A stretch of DNA of 64,000 bases from positions 99,143-163,142 of the IMG/VR virus record IMGVR_UViG_3300028840_008153. The stretch is one strand, 5' to 3'. A program made the translations under genes and the position numbers. The notes beneath the pieces are model-generated. The model ran no database searches. It was given only the letters and a program-made list of their open reading frames with translations, and had not been told where the DNA came from. This DNA is from a virus. Taxonomy: Duplodnaviria > Heunggongvirae > Uroviricota > Caudoviricetes. Of this stretch, positions 28,059-35,321 are shown piece after piece. Every line of letters starts with the position of its first letter. The first letter of the stretch is position 1.

Positions 28059-28303
28059 TCCTCCTGGAGTTTTTCGAGCATCTTGCGGTTGATATACTCC
28101 TCTTCAACAGCCTGGATGGCACGTGTCATGTGATCAATCACAAGACGCTCATCCGACATGGTGTATTTGCAGGAGAAAGTTCGATTGTTGTCGAAGGCGT
28201 ACCCGACATACTTGTCCCCCTCTTTGTAAACGAAGGCACAAACATGCCGCAAGTTCTCGCCTATGAAGACGCAGCACCAGGACGGCTTGACTCGTCTCAT
28301 CAC
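28055..28303 (-). CDS. Hypothetical protein (82 aa)
   Basis: ORF with ATGA overlap. Confidence 0.4.
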   Translation of the reverse strand: MMRRVKPSWCCVFIGENLRHVCAFVYKEGDKYVGYAFDNNRTFSCKYTMSDERLVIDHMTRAIQAVEEEYINRKMLEKLQEE

Positions 28304-28312
28304 TCCTCCTCG

Positions 28313-28645
28313 TCAGTTCCCGTACTTTGCTCGCAGGCGTGCCAGCTCAGCGCGCTCTTGCTGCTCTTTCCTGTTTAGTTCTCTGGCGTGTCTGGTGGCC
28401 GCAATCGAGGCGTCGATGGCCTTAACGTCAACGACGTGTACATGTTCTTCGGGGATGATCAGGATATCGCTCAGTCCCATCTCCCCTTCCAGCCGGCTGC
28501 GCTCGTCACGACCGTTGGGCCACACCGTCTTTTCCTCAACAGCCTCGATTGAGTCCGCCTCGACCCAATCAAAGCGCATGCCACAGCCGATCGAGTAGTC
28601 GCAGCCTCCGCCTGCCATTCTTTGACAAACCAAAAACCTCATCGA
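28313..28645 (-). CDS. Hypothetical protein (about 110 aa)
   Basis: Trimmed to MRFLVCQRMAGGGCDYSIGCG. Confidence 0.4.
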   Translation of the reverse strand, partial: SMRFLVCQRMAGGGCDYSIGCGMRFDWVEADSIEAVEEKTVWPNGRDERSRLEGEMGLSDILIIPEEHVHVVDVKAIDASIAATRHARELNRKEQQERAELARLRAKYGN

Positions 28646-29047
28646 GCCTCCTTGGTCCGAGCTTTCCCGCCGGGCTCGACAGGTGATCAATCCTGCCAAC
28701 CCCGACGGTACTAACCCGGTCTAAAGCGTAAATGGTGCTTGGGGCAGTCATTCCTGTCGCCTGCCAGCCGGTCCTTGCTGTAACCGGACCCCAAGCATGA
28801 AGAGGTGGGCACGGGTCGGGACTTTCCCCGGCAGCGTTCTCCTTTGACTCACCTAAGGGCGTTGCCTACACCGGACCCGACATTCCGGGGCGAACGGGTG
28901 TTCCCAACGGGCGTGCACTTCCCGTCAGGCCGCATGCGTAGTGATGTGGAGTCCTACATGTCCCCGGTCCTAGGGAATTTTGAATGACCGTGCCCCACAT
29001 CCGGGCCCGCGCGGGGAGTACACGTTCCGACGGGTCCCGGCAATCAC

Positions 29048-29758
29048 TTAAGGTGGAAGAAACCTGTCCAGATGCCCGGAGAACAGCACCGGCCACTTGG
29101 ACCGGCACTCCAGGTAAAGCGGCCTCATCATCTCGATCATCGAGGGGTGGGCCGCCGAATCCACGCGCAGCTCGAACACGTGCCGCCATTCCCGCACGTT
29201 GGCCGTCATCACGATCTCCGTCTTCAGACCGTTGGGCAGGCCATAACGGGCCTTCTGGGGCGCCCAGCCACGCTTAATCATGCGCTGGTAACGCTTCTCG
29301 TCCTCGAACAGACCCTGTGCCCAGTCCTCCAGCTCCTCGCGCTCAGAGTTGGTCCAATCGGGGTCCTGGTTGACATTGAAGAACGCGCCCAGGCTCTCGT
29401 ACTCTCCGGGTTCCACGCGCTCGCGCAGCCAACACGGAAGCACGAAGGTGCACTGGTTACCGAACTTCTTCCTGCTGTAGTTGCAATACCGCGTAGACTC
29501 CTGACAGTAGGCTGCCAACCTGTGGCGGACCAGCTCGTGTGTGACGCCTCGGTCACAAACGAACTTCACCGTTATGTTGGCGTGTTCGAGCACGGCGTGG
29601 TGTCCTCGCTCGATGATCATGCGGATGAACTCGACCGCCGTTTCCCGCGTGATGAGCCTACCCTCGCTTTTGTAGCACGTCCGGCCGGCCCGCTCGATCA
29701 GCTGGAGCAGGTCCGGGGTCGTATTGAGGATCTCGTGGCTGGGTTCAACTAGGATCAT
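29048..29758 (-). CDS. thyX: FAD-dependent thymidylate synthase ThyX
   Basis: THELVRHRLAAYCQESTRY is the ThyX RHRx7S signature. Real start MILVEPSHEIL with GAGGAAGAGA RBS; the upstream 60 codons of the track ORF are read-through. Confidence 0.8.
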   Translation of the reverse strand: MILVEPSHEILNTTPDLLQLIERAGRTCYKSEGRLITRETAVEFIRMIIERGHHAVLEHANITVKFVCDRGVTHELVRHRLAAYCQESTRYCNYSRKKFGNQCTFVLPCWLRERVEPGEYESLGAFFNVNQDPDWTNSEREELEDWAQGLFEDEKRYQRMIKRGWAPQKARYGLPNGLKTEIVMTANVREWRHVFELRVDSAAHPSMIEMMRPLYLECRSKWPVLFSGHLDRFLPP

Positions 29759-30053
29759 TCTCTTCCTCGGGTGGTTTGATGTTGTGAACCAGCTTGACCT
29801 CCATCTGGTCCCGAACCTCTTTCTCGGTGAAGCCTTGCGCGATGGCGTAGTGCATGAGAATGCACATGACGTCACCGATCTCCTCAAGATCGTTGCCCTT
29901 GCAGGTAAGTGCCTTGGCCATCTCCCCAACTTCTTCAACCAGATGTGTGAAGAGCCAGCCGGGCGCGAGCTTGATGCCCTCGTGCCGTCTTACATGCCTC
30001 CAGTTCTCGTTATGAGCACGCTCGATCCACTTCCATAGCTCCTCGAAGGTCAT
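29745..30053 (-). CDS. MazG-like nucleoside-triphosphate pyrophosphohydrolase
   Basis: MTFEELWKWIERAHNENW...EEVGEMAKA...EEIGDVMCIL (the two EExxE/D metal-binding helices). Confidence 0.65.
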   Translation of the reverse strand: MTFEELWKWIERAHNENWRHVRRHEGIKLAPGWLFTHLVEEVGEMAKALTCKGNDLEEIGDVMCILMHYAIAQGFTEKEVRDQMEVKLVHNIKPPEEENDPS

Positions 30054-30333
30054 CGCTCTCCTCTGGGTCTGCAAAGTCAAAAAGGGTGGTCTGGAACCCC
30101 TCACAATCGACGACGACAGGGTTTAACTTGATGAAGCCGCCGCCTGCGTAATCGCAGTCGACGTCGTCCCGATGCCTCCCGACACACGAGTAGGCGGCCT
30201 CGGCCGGCGCTCCGGCGTCGAGCCACTCCTGCACACTCGTCACACGTTTGCACACCGGACACACGAACCTCCACTTCTTCTTGTCCGGCCCGAATCTTCT
30301 TTCGCCGTCGGCGACCCACTCCTCGCGCGTCAT
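30010..30333 (-). CDS. Cys-rich zinc-ribbon protein (about 107 aa); may be the 3' half of a frameshifted gene
   Basis: MTREEWVADGERRFGPDKKKWRFVCPVCKR...; overlaps 30101..30598 out of frame (see findings). Confidence 0.35.
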   Translation of the reverse strand: MTREEWVADGERRFGPDKKKWRFVCPVCKRVTSVQEWLDAGAPAEAAYSCVGRHRDDVDCDYAGGGFIKLNPVVVDCEGFQTTLFDFADPEESDDLRGAMEVDRACS

Positions 30334-30598
30334 CTTTGATCTCCCCGAGAAAGAGCGTCTGCCTTGAGCCCTCACGCTCGGCCAGCTTCTTGGCCCGACT
30401 GATCCAAGAGTTCTGGGTCAGATTACAAGGACAAGGGTTGAACCACCTTCCCTGCCCACAGCCGAAAGGGATGTAATCGTGCGCCTGAATTCGGCGGCAG
30501 TCATTGTCCTGGCACTGGTAGACAGTGCGTCTCTCCCCAGAGACAAGTTCGACCCCAAGGAGCCTGTGGACCTCGTCCAGTATCTGTCCTTTGGTCAT
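30101..30598 (-). CDS. Cys-rich protein; only the first about 90 codons look genuine, the rest is Arg-rich
   Basis: MTKGQILDEVHRLLGVELVSGERRTVYQCQDNDCRRIQAHDYIPFGCGQGRWFNPCPCNL..., then the C-terminal 75 aa turn into RRRRKKIRAG...RRRL nonsense. GAGGAG RBS. Confidence 0.35.
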   Translation of the reverse strand: MTKGQILDEVHRLLGVELVSGERRTVYQCQDNDCRRIQAHDYIPFGCGQGRWFNPCPCNLTQNSWISRAKKLAEREGSRQTLFLGEIKDDARGVGRRRRKKIRAGQEEVEVRVSGVQTCDECAGVARRRSAGRGRLLVCREASGRRRLRLRRRRLHQVKPCRRRL

Positions 30599-30887
30599 GC
30601 AATCTCCTCTGGTGACCTCTTTCGGGGCGTGCTGTTACGCCAAAGGCTCCAAGGACGCGATTGCATCAAGCCCTCATAGCCCGCATGGGCAGCGACTATG
30701 AACACGAAATGCCCCACAGCTCCGCCCCGTGAGGTAGCAGAGCCTATCCTGGCAGCCAGGTCCGGGTGCCCATTACCTTCCCGGAACTCGGCGTTGAACC
30801 GGACAGTGCCTTATAGGTCTTCGCTGCCCGGACTGCCTCGCCACTCATTAAGGATGGCTGCCTCCAAGCCCACCACCCCGAAAGAGA

Positions 30888-30998
30888 TCAGAAATTGTGC
30901 AAGTTGCCGAGCTGCCTCCTTGGGCTGAGAAGACAACACCCTGAAGCCGTCACGAGTGTGAGAGCCAGCAAAACAATCAACACCACTTTGCGGATCAT
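30888..30998 (-). CDS. Candidate 36-aa lipoprotein (signal peptide plus lipobox only)
   Basis: MIRKVVLIVLLALTLVTASGCCLLSPRRQLGNLHNF; GAGGG RBS 7 nt upstream; starts 4 nt after the 31002 stop. Not in the track (under 60 aa). Confidence 0.3.
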   Translation of the reverse strand: MIRKVVLIVLLALTLVTASGCCLLSPRRQLGNLHNF

Positions 30999-31001
30999 GA
31001 G

Positions 31002-31268
31002 TTATCCCTCGGTGATCAGCTCGGCGAAGACCGGGGTGTTCTCCCCCACCCAAGCGCCTTGGGTGTTGAAGGAGAAGAACGCCTCCGCGTCCTCTTGCGT
31101 CATGCCATCTCGCTCCATCAGGATCTGGATGCACTTGTCCTTGTCGTAAAGAGCGAGGGACTTGGAGAACTGTCGCGCGATCCCTATGAGTGCGTCCTCA
31201 AAGCCGTCCGCAAAGAGGGCCCTGTCGTTCTCGAACTTCAGTTGCTCCAAGATCTCCTCGCGTGTCAT
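31002..31268 (-). CDS. Hypothetical protein (88 aa)
   Basis: ORF with ATGA overlap to the VWA gene. Confidence 0.45.
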   Translation of the reverse strand: MTREEILEQLKFENDRALFADGFEDALIGIARQFSKSLALYDKDKCIQILMERDGMTQEDAEAFFSFNTQGAWVGENTPVFAELITEG

Positions 31269-32005
31269 GCCTTTCCCTTCGATTTGGTCCTGCCGGTCTT
31301 GGTGTGCTTGGACGTTCTGACCACGGCGCTGCTCAAAGAGTCGCCCTTGGTTGTGTTCTCACCCTCCTGCTGCTCCTGCTGGGTGAAGTAGTTGTAGTCG
31401 GCCGAGCAGGGGATGCCTCTCGTGCCACGCAACCGCCTCATCCCGTCGGAGACGCCCTTGAAAGCAGCGTTCACACCCTGGCCCGTAGGACCAAAGTTCA
31501 TCGCGTTGGCGGCCTGCACGCCGATCTTGCCGCCCTCGGCGAAGGCGTCCACGTTGGCACCCAGAAAGATCACATGCCAGTTGTACTTCTCCTTCTGGTG
31601 CTCAATCATGTCGTGCACCTGCTGGCGGTTGTGCTCCTTCGAGCTGTTCTCGTGACCGTCGGTCATGATCACCAGCACGACCTTGCCCGGACGCTCCTTC
31701 TCGTCCATTTTCTCCAGTCGCGCGCCGGTGTCCAGAATTGCCTTTGCCGTGGCGTCGAGCAGCGCCGTCATGCCGCCAGGCCGGTAGCTCTCCCGGGTCA
31801 GCCCATCCACCTTCTCCAACGGCTTGCCCGTGAAGGCGAAGCTGTAGGCCGTGTCGAAGAACACCAGCGACATCAACGCCTCGCCCGGCGCCTTCAACTG
31901 CTCCTGCAGAAAGGTGTTGAAACCGCCAATCACGTCGTCCACGACGGCGCCCATGGAACCGGACTTGTCGAGAACAACGGTTATGTCAGTAAGATCTTCT
32001 CTCAT
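31265..32005 (-). CDS. von Willebrand factor type A (VWA) domain protein
   Basis: ITVVLDKSGSMG (MIDAS DxSxS) ... GGMTALLDA ... VVLVIMTDGHEN. Confidence 0.7.
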   Translation of the reverse strand: MREDLTDITVVLDKSGSMGAVVDDVIGGFNTFLQEQLKAPGEALMSLVFFDTAYSFAFTGKPLEKVDGLTRESYRPGGMTALLDATAKAILDTGARLEKMDEKERPGKVVLVIMTDGHENSSKEHNRQQVHDMIEHQKEKYNWHVIFLGANVDAFAEGGKIGVQAANAMNFGPTGQGVNAAFKGVSDGMRRLRGTRGIPCSADYNYFTQQEQQEGENTTKGDSLSSAVVRTSKHTKTGRTKSKGKA

Positions 32006-32232
32006 TTCTCCTCCACCAATTCGTAGTCATCCGAGGCGTCGGTCTCACCTGTCGTACAGGTGAAGCAAAGACCGGTGCCCGCGTACCTCCAGGCTGGTTG
32101 GCCGCACACCTGGCACTTGCGCTTCCGCCGGGCGAGCTTTCGGTAGTGCTCCACCGAATGCTCACCCTTTATGTCCTTGTGTTTTTCCGCCGCCTGCTCC
32201 GGCGTCAGGTACTGCCCGAAGTTCGGCATCAT
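32002..32232 (-). CDS. Small zinc-finger protein (76 aa)
   Basis: CQVCGQ...CFTC; ATGA overlap with VWA. Confidence 0.4.
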   Translation of the reverse strand: MMPNFGQYLTPEQAAEKHKDIKGEHSVEHYRKLARRKRKCQVCGQPAWRYAGTGLCFTCTTGETDASDDYELVEEK

Positions 32233-32572
32233 CCTCCTTTCCGATCAGGATCAGCTCGACTTCCGCCCGCAGCTCCTTGTCGGGGCTCTCGAAGTCCTCT
32301 GGTTCTGGACACCTGCGCATGTAAAACCTCGGACAGTCGATTTGCGAAGGGGGGAGAGAAGCCGCATAATTCCATTTGTTGGCTTCAGGATCGAACAGTT
32401 TGGCGATTGCGTGGCTCTGAGAGTCCATGACAGAATTGCGCTTGATATCGATCTTCACGCGGACATGAAGATTCCCCTGCTCACACGAGTGATCGATCTG
32501 CCACAGCGCGGCGTACCAGAGGTTCTGGTCGCCCCTCCACGCCTTCTTCTTCAGGTTCGTCCATTTGGTCAT
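32162..32572 (-). CDS. Hypothetical protein (about 136 aa)
   Basis: Trimmed to MTKWTNLKKKAW...; ATGA overlap with the upstream gene. Confidence 0.4.
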   Translation of the reverse strand: MTKWTNLKKKAWRGDQNLWYAALWQIDHSCEQGNLHVRVKIDIKRNSVMDSQSHAIAKLFDPEANKWNYAASLPPSQIDCPRFYMRRCPEPEDFESPDKELRAEVELILIGKEDDAELRAVPDAGAGGGKTQGHKG

Positions 32573-32964
32573 GATTGCACCCCGATCGGGCAGCGGCAGC
32601 ATCCGTCCGGCAGCTTGCGAGCCGCCAGCCATTCGAGATGCCCGTCCAAATCCTCATTCGAGCAGGGAAGAATGATCCCGTCGGAGCAGAGCCCGAAATG
32701 CTCCATCATGCCCCGGGGCATCGTCAACCCCTCCACGCGCTCATTGGCCACGGTCAACCGAGCAGGACCGAACATGGGGTGGCCTCCCAAACGTACCACG
32801 GTATCCGCCGCCTGGCAGTCCCGACAACACTGCTCGTTCGTGCTGCGAAGGCGCGCCGGGAACTTCGGCAGCGGCATCACGGCCCGTGGTTGAATCTGGC
32901 CCTCCTGCGCCAGTTTTGAACAGACCGGACAGGGTGTTCTCGTCAATCCGTCAAAAGCTCTCAT
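32569..32964 (-). CDS. Cys-rich protein (131 aa)
   Basis: CPVC...CCRDC...CCRC. Confidence 0.4.
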   Translation of the reverse strand: MRAFDGLTRTPCPVCSKLAQEGQIQPRAVMPLPKFPARLRSTNEQCCRDCQAADTVVRLGGHPMFGPARLTVANERVEGLTMPRGMMEHFGLCSDGIILPCSNEDLDGHLEWLAARKLPDGCCRCPIGVQS

Positions 32965-33335
32965 TGAATCCTCCTAGCCTTCAGTCCCACAAGGCGAACC
33001 TTGATGGGATGGCCTTTGTGCATGATTTTGCAGTAGGCTTCCTTGTGAGGAATGCTCGTTGGGTGCGAGTGGTCCTGGTACGGCGTGCTGAACTCCCGCA
33101 GCCGCACCGTCACGCGCGTGTGTTGGCCGTTGGGCCACTCGATCTCCAGCTTCTCGTCGTCCTTGAGGTCGACGCCGCCGAGCCGATCGTAGTAACACCA
33201 GTTCGAATACTCCGTGATTTTGAGAAAACGGCCTTTGGGTTTAACGGCCAATGCCTCCGGGCCTCCATGAATTGGGTTCTTCCAGATCGTACTTCTCACC
33301 GAGCCACTCCACGAACTCCTCGGGTGACTCCTCAT
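32961..33335 (-). CDS. Hypothetical protein; start uncertain
   Basis: ORF overlaps the upstream gene by 95 nt; the real start is probably downstream (TTG/GTG). Confidence 0.35.
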   Translation of the reverse strand: MRSHPRSSWSGSVRSTIWKNPIHGGPEALAVKPKGRFLKITEYSNWCYYDRLGGVDLKDDEKLEIEWPNGQHTRVTVRLREFSTPYQDHSHPTSIPHKEAYCKIMHKGHPIKVRLVGLKARRIQ

Positions 33336-33465
33336 TGTTGAACGCCTGCAGCATCCGGGGATCGTCCGGCCCGAAGCCGGCGTCCTCCCAGGAGATGCCC
33401 CACCGCTTCTTGAAGCGGAGCTTCACCGATGCGCTATACTCCCGGTAGGTCTGGAAAAGTGTCAC
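33241..33465 (-). CDS. Hypothetical acidic protein (74 aa)
   Basis: ORF. Confidence 0.35.
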   Translation of the reverse strand: MTLFQTYREYSASVKLRFKKRWGISWEDAGFGPDDPRMLQAFNNEESPEEFVEWLGEKYDLEEPNSWRPGGIGR

Positions 33466-33808
33466 GAATGTGCTCCTTCATGTTCTCCTCCATGTACTTC
33501 TGGAGCGCCTTCGAGAGCTTACGTAGCGGCCAGGTTCGCCGAGTCCACCCGTGCGGGACCTCCGCCTCCTCTCCAATGACGCCGAGCAGCTGCTTCGCCG
33601 AACCAAAGTCAAATTCAACGCCGAGCGCGACGAGGTTGCGTGCCTTGCCGGGAATGGTGTGGAACTCTTCCAACCGGTTTAGCAGCTTGAGAAGATCGTG
33701 AAGCTCGCCCAGATTCAAGGGCCAGCCGCTGAGGAGGTTCTGACGAAGCTCCTTGTACAGAGCCGGCGCCTCCCTGTCATCCAGTGTGTACGTGAACGGT
33801 GGAACCAT
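33434..33808 (-). CDS. Hypothetical protein (124 aa)
   Basis: ORF. Confidence 0.4.
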   Translation of the reverse strand: MVPPFTYTLDDREAPALYKELRQNLLSGWPLNLGELHDLLKLLNRLEEFHTIPGKARNLVALGVEFDFGSAKQLLGVIGEEAEVPHGWTRRTWPLRKLSKALQKYMEENMKEHIRDTFPDLPGV

Positions 33809-33816
33809 GACTCCTC

Positions 33817-34023
33817 CTACGTAGTGAAAAACAGCTCTCCCGGCGCGTAGAATTTGTTTGAGACCTTGCGGTCCACCAGGCCAAACTGGTATCGGGGATC
33901 ATCCAGCAGCTTCAGGTAGTGCTTCACGTCATAACGCTCTCTGTCTGTCAGCGTCGAAGGTTCTTCCAGCAGTTTCCTCAAACCCTTTTTGAAGAGTTCC
34001 CGGTAGGCTCCTGGGATCGGCAT
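33817..34023 (-). CDS. Hypothetical protein (68 aa)
   Basis: ORF. Confidence 0.3.
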   Translation of the reverse strand: MPIPGAYRELFKKGLRKLLEEPSTLTDRERYDVKHYLKLLDDPRYQFGLVDRKVSNKFYAPGELFFTT

Positions 34024-34327
34024 TCTGTAGCTCCCTTATCTGAGATTCCGAGTGCCTGCGGACCGCCGAGCGCACCATGGAGGTGGGCACCATGAACTTG
34101 CGTGCCAGCCAGCGAATGACTTCGTGCGCGTGACGATTCGTCAAAAACAGCTCCCGGCGGCTAATTGGGAGCTTTCCGTCTCGCCCGTCGGGCCCGGTCA
34201 GAAACAGCTCGTCGAAGTAATCGCAAAGCTCGTGATACTCCCGAGCCATCATCTCCAGCCGTCGCACCTCCTCATCCGGCACGCAGGGCGCGTTGAGGTA
34301 CATCGCGTAGAAGTCATCGTCGGTCAT
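33929..34327 (-). CDS. Hypothetical protein (about 132 aa)
   Basis: Trimmed to MTDDDFYAMYLNAPCVPDEEV. Confidence 0.35.
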   Translation of the reverse strand: MTDDDFYAMYLNAPCVPDEEVRRLEMMAREYHELCDYFDELFLTGPDGRDGKLPISRRELFLTNRHAHEVIRWLARKFMVPTSMVRSAVRRHSESQIRELQNADPRSLPGTLQKGFEETAGRTFDADRQRAL

Positions 34328-34488
34328 GACTCCTCCTCCATGTACTGCTTGAGCCACTGGCGGTAAGACTGCACGCCGTACACGAGAAGCGCCACGAAAG
34401 CGAGCGGGACGCCAACCATCCACTCCAAAAAACCGTCCGGGTCGAAAAGCCAGAACAGAAGCAGAAACACTCCCGCAAGAATCAGCAT
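34324..34488 (-). CDS. Small membrane protein (54 aa), paralogue of 38608..38727
   Basis: MLILAGVFLLLFWLF...LLVYGVQSYRQWLKQYMEEES; its C-terminus aligns with LIHYGIKWYKRWLDKYIEE of the 39-aa protein beyond array 2. Confidence 0.4.
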   Translation of the reverse strand: MLILAGVFLLLFWLFDPDGFLEWMVGVPLAFVALLVYGVQSYRQWLKQYMEEES

Positions 34489-34591
34489 CGTAGCCTCTCT
34501 CCCATAGCTAACGAAAAACGAAGCACTGCCCGGCACCGAAGTGCCGGGCAGCGCGCCCAAGTTCACAAGTAAGGACGCCGCCTTCTGGCAA

Positions 34592-35210
34592 GGCCCACCC
34601 GCAAGCGCGTGGAGGCACCGTCCGTATCCGATCGATCTCAGAATCGATCACCGGCTCACCCGCAAGCGCGTGGAGGGGCCCTCGGGATCGCTGCGATGCA
34701 GCGGCCCACCCGCAAGCGCGTAGAGGTACCTACTCGGCCATGGCTGACGCGAATTCCTCTGAGGGCCCACCCGCAAGCGCGTGGAGGTACCTTGAGGGGG
34801 GGGCTGTCCTCACGGCCATCACGTACGACCCACCCGCAAGCGCGTGGAGGTACCCTGGTGCTGAAGTGGGTCGGAACTCCCACCCGCAAGCGCGTGGAGG
34901 TACCCTGGTGCTGAAGTGGGTCGGAACTCGGGACACGGGCCCACCCGCAAGCGCGTGGAGGTACCGGGCTATATTTTTTTTCAGACGGTGAAGTAGCACG
35001 GCCCACCCGCAAGCGCGTGGAGGTACCCAGATGTCTCCCCACTCGTAAGTGTGAGGCTCCGGCCCACCCGCAAGCGCGTGGAGGTACCGCTCTCAGTCCA
35101 GATCAGCCCACTATTCTTGGGGGCCCACCCGCAAGCGCGTGGAGGTACCACTTCTGTGGCGCCGGTTTTGGCTTTTGGGATGGGCCCACCCGCAAGCGCG
35201 TGGAGGTACC
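34592..35210. CRISPR. CRISPR-like array 1: 11 repeats of 28 nt (GGCCCACCCGCAAGCGCGTGGAGGTACC), spacers mostly 33 nt
   Basis: Repeat starts read directly at 34592, 34653, 34703, 34764, 34826, 34876, 34937, 35000, 35061, 35122 and 35183. The two leftmost repeats are degenerate, so the trailer is at the low-coordinate end. The repeat can fold as CCAC-CCGC-AAGC-GCG-TGG. Spacers are unique except spacer 5, a 22-nt prefix copy of spacer 6. Confidence 0.8.
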
Positions 35211-35320
35211 TCTATGACAAAATGACATGGTTTGGGTGGTCAGCTCATGGAGCTTGGTGATTACTGGAGCAGTCCCTCCAGCCTGGCGCTCACCCCGGGC
35301 GCGAAGCCATGCCATTGGTA
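35211..35320. other. Leader-like flank shared by both arrays (copy 1)
   Basis: About 85 nt, GGTCAGCTCATGGAGCTTGGTGATTACTGGAGCAGTCCCTCCAGCCTGGCGCTCACCCCGGGCGC, is nearly identical at 38463..38540. It contains the hairpin CTGGAG-cagtcc-CTCCAG. Confidence 0.5.
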
Positions 35321-35321
35321 A

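Noticed and set aside
28737-28860. Possible RNase P RNA or tmRNA because of a GGGAAAGTCC-like string
   Set aside because: The other universally conserved RNase P (P4 partner, ACAGNRA, GNRA loops) and tmRNA (tRNA-like 3' end, tag ORF) elements are absent.
30811-31134. 107-aa minus ORF overlapping the 88-aa gene and the lipopeptide ORF
   Set aside because: It is Arg/Gly-rich with no RBS. The alternative frames contain well-supported small genes.
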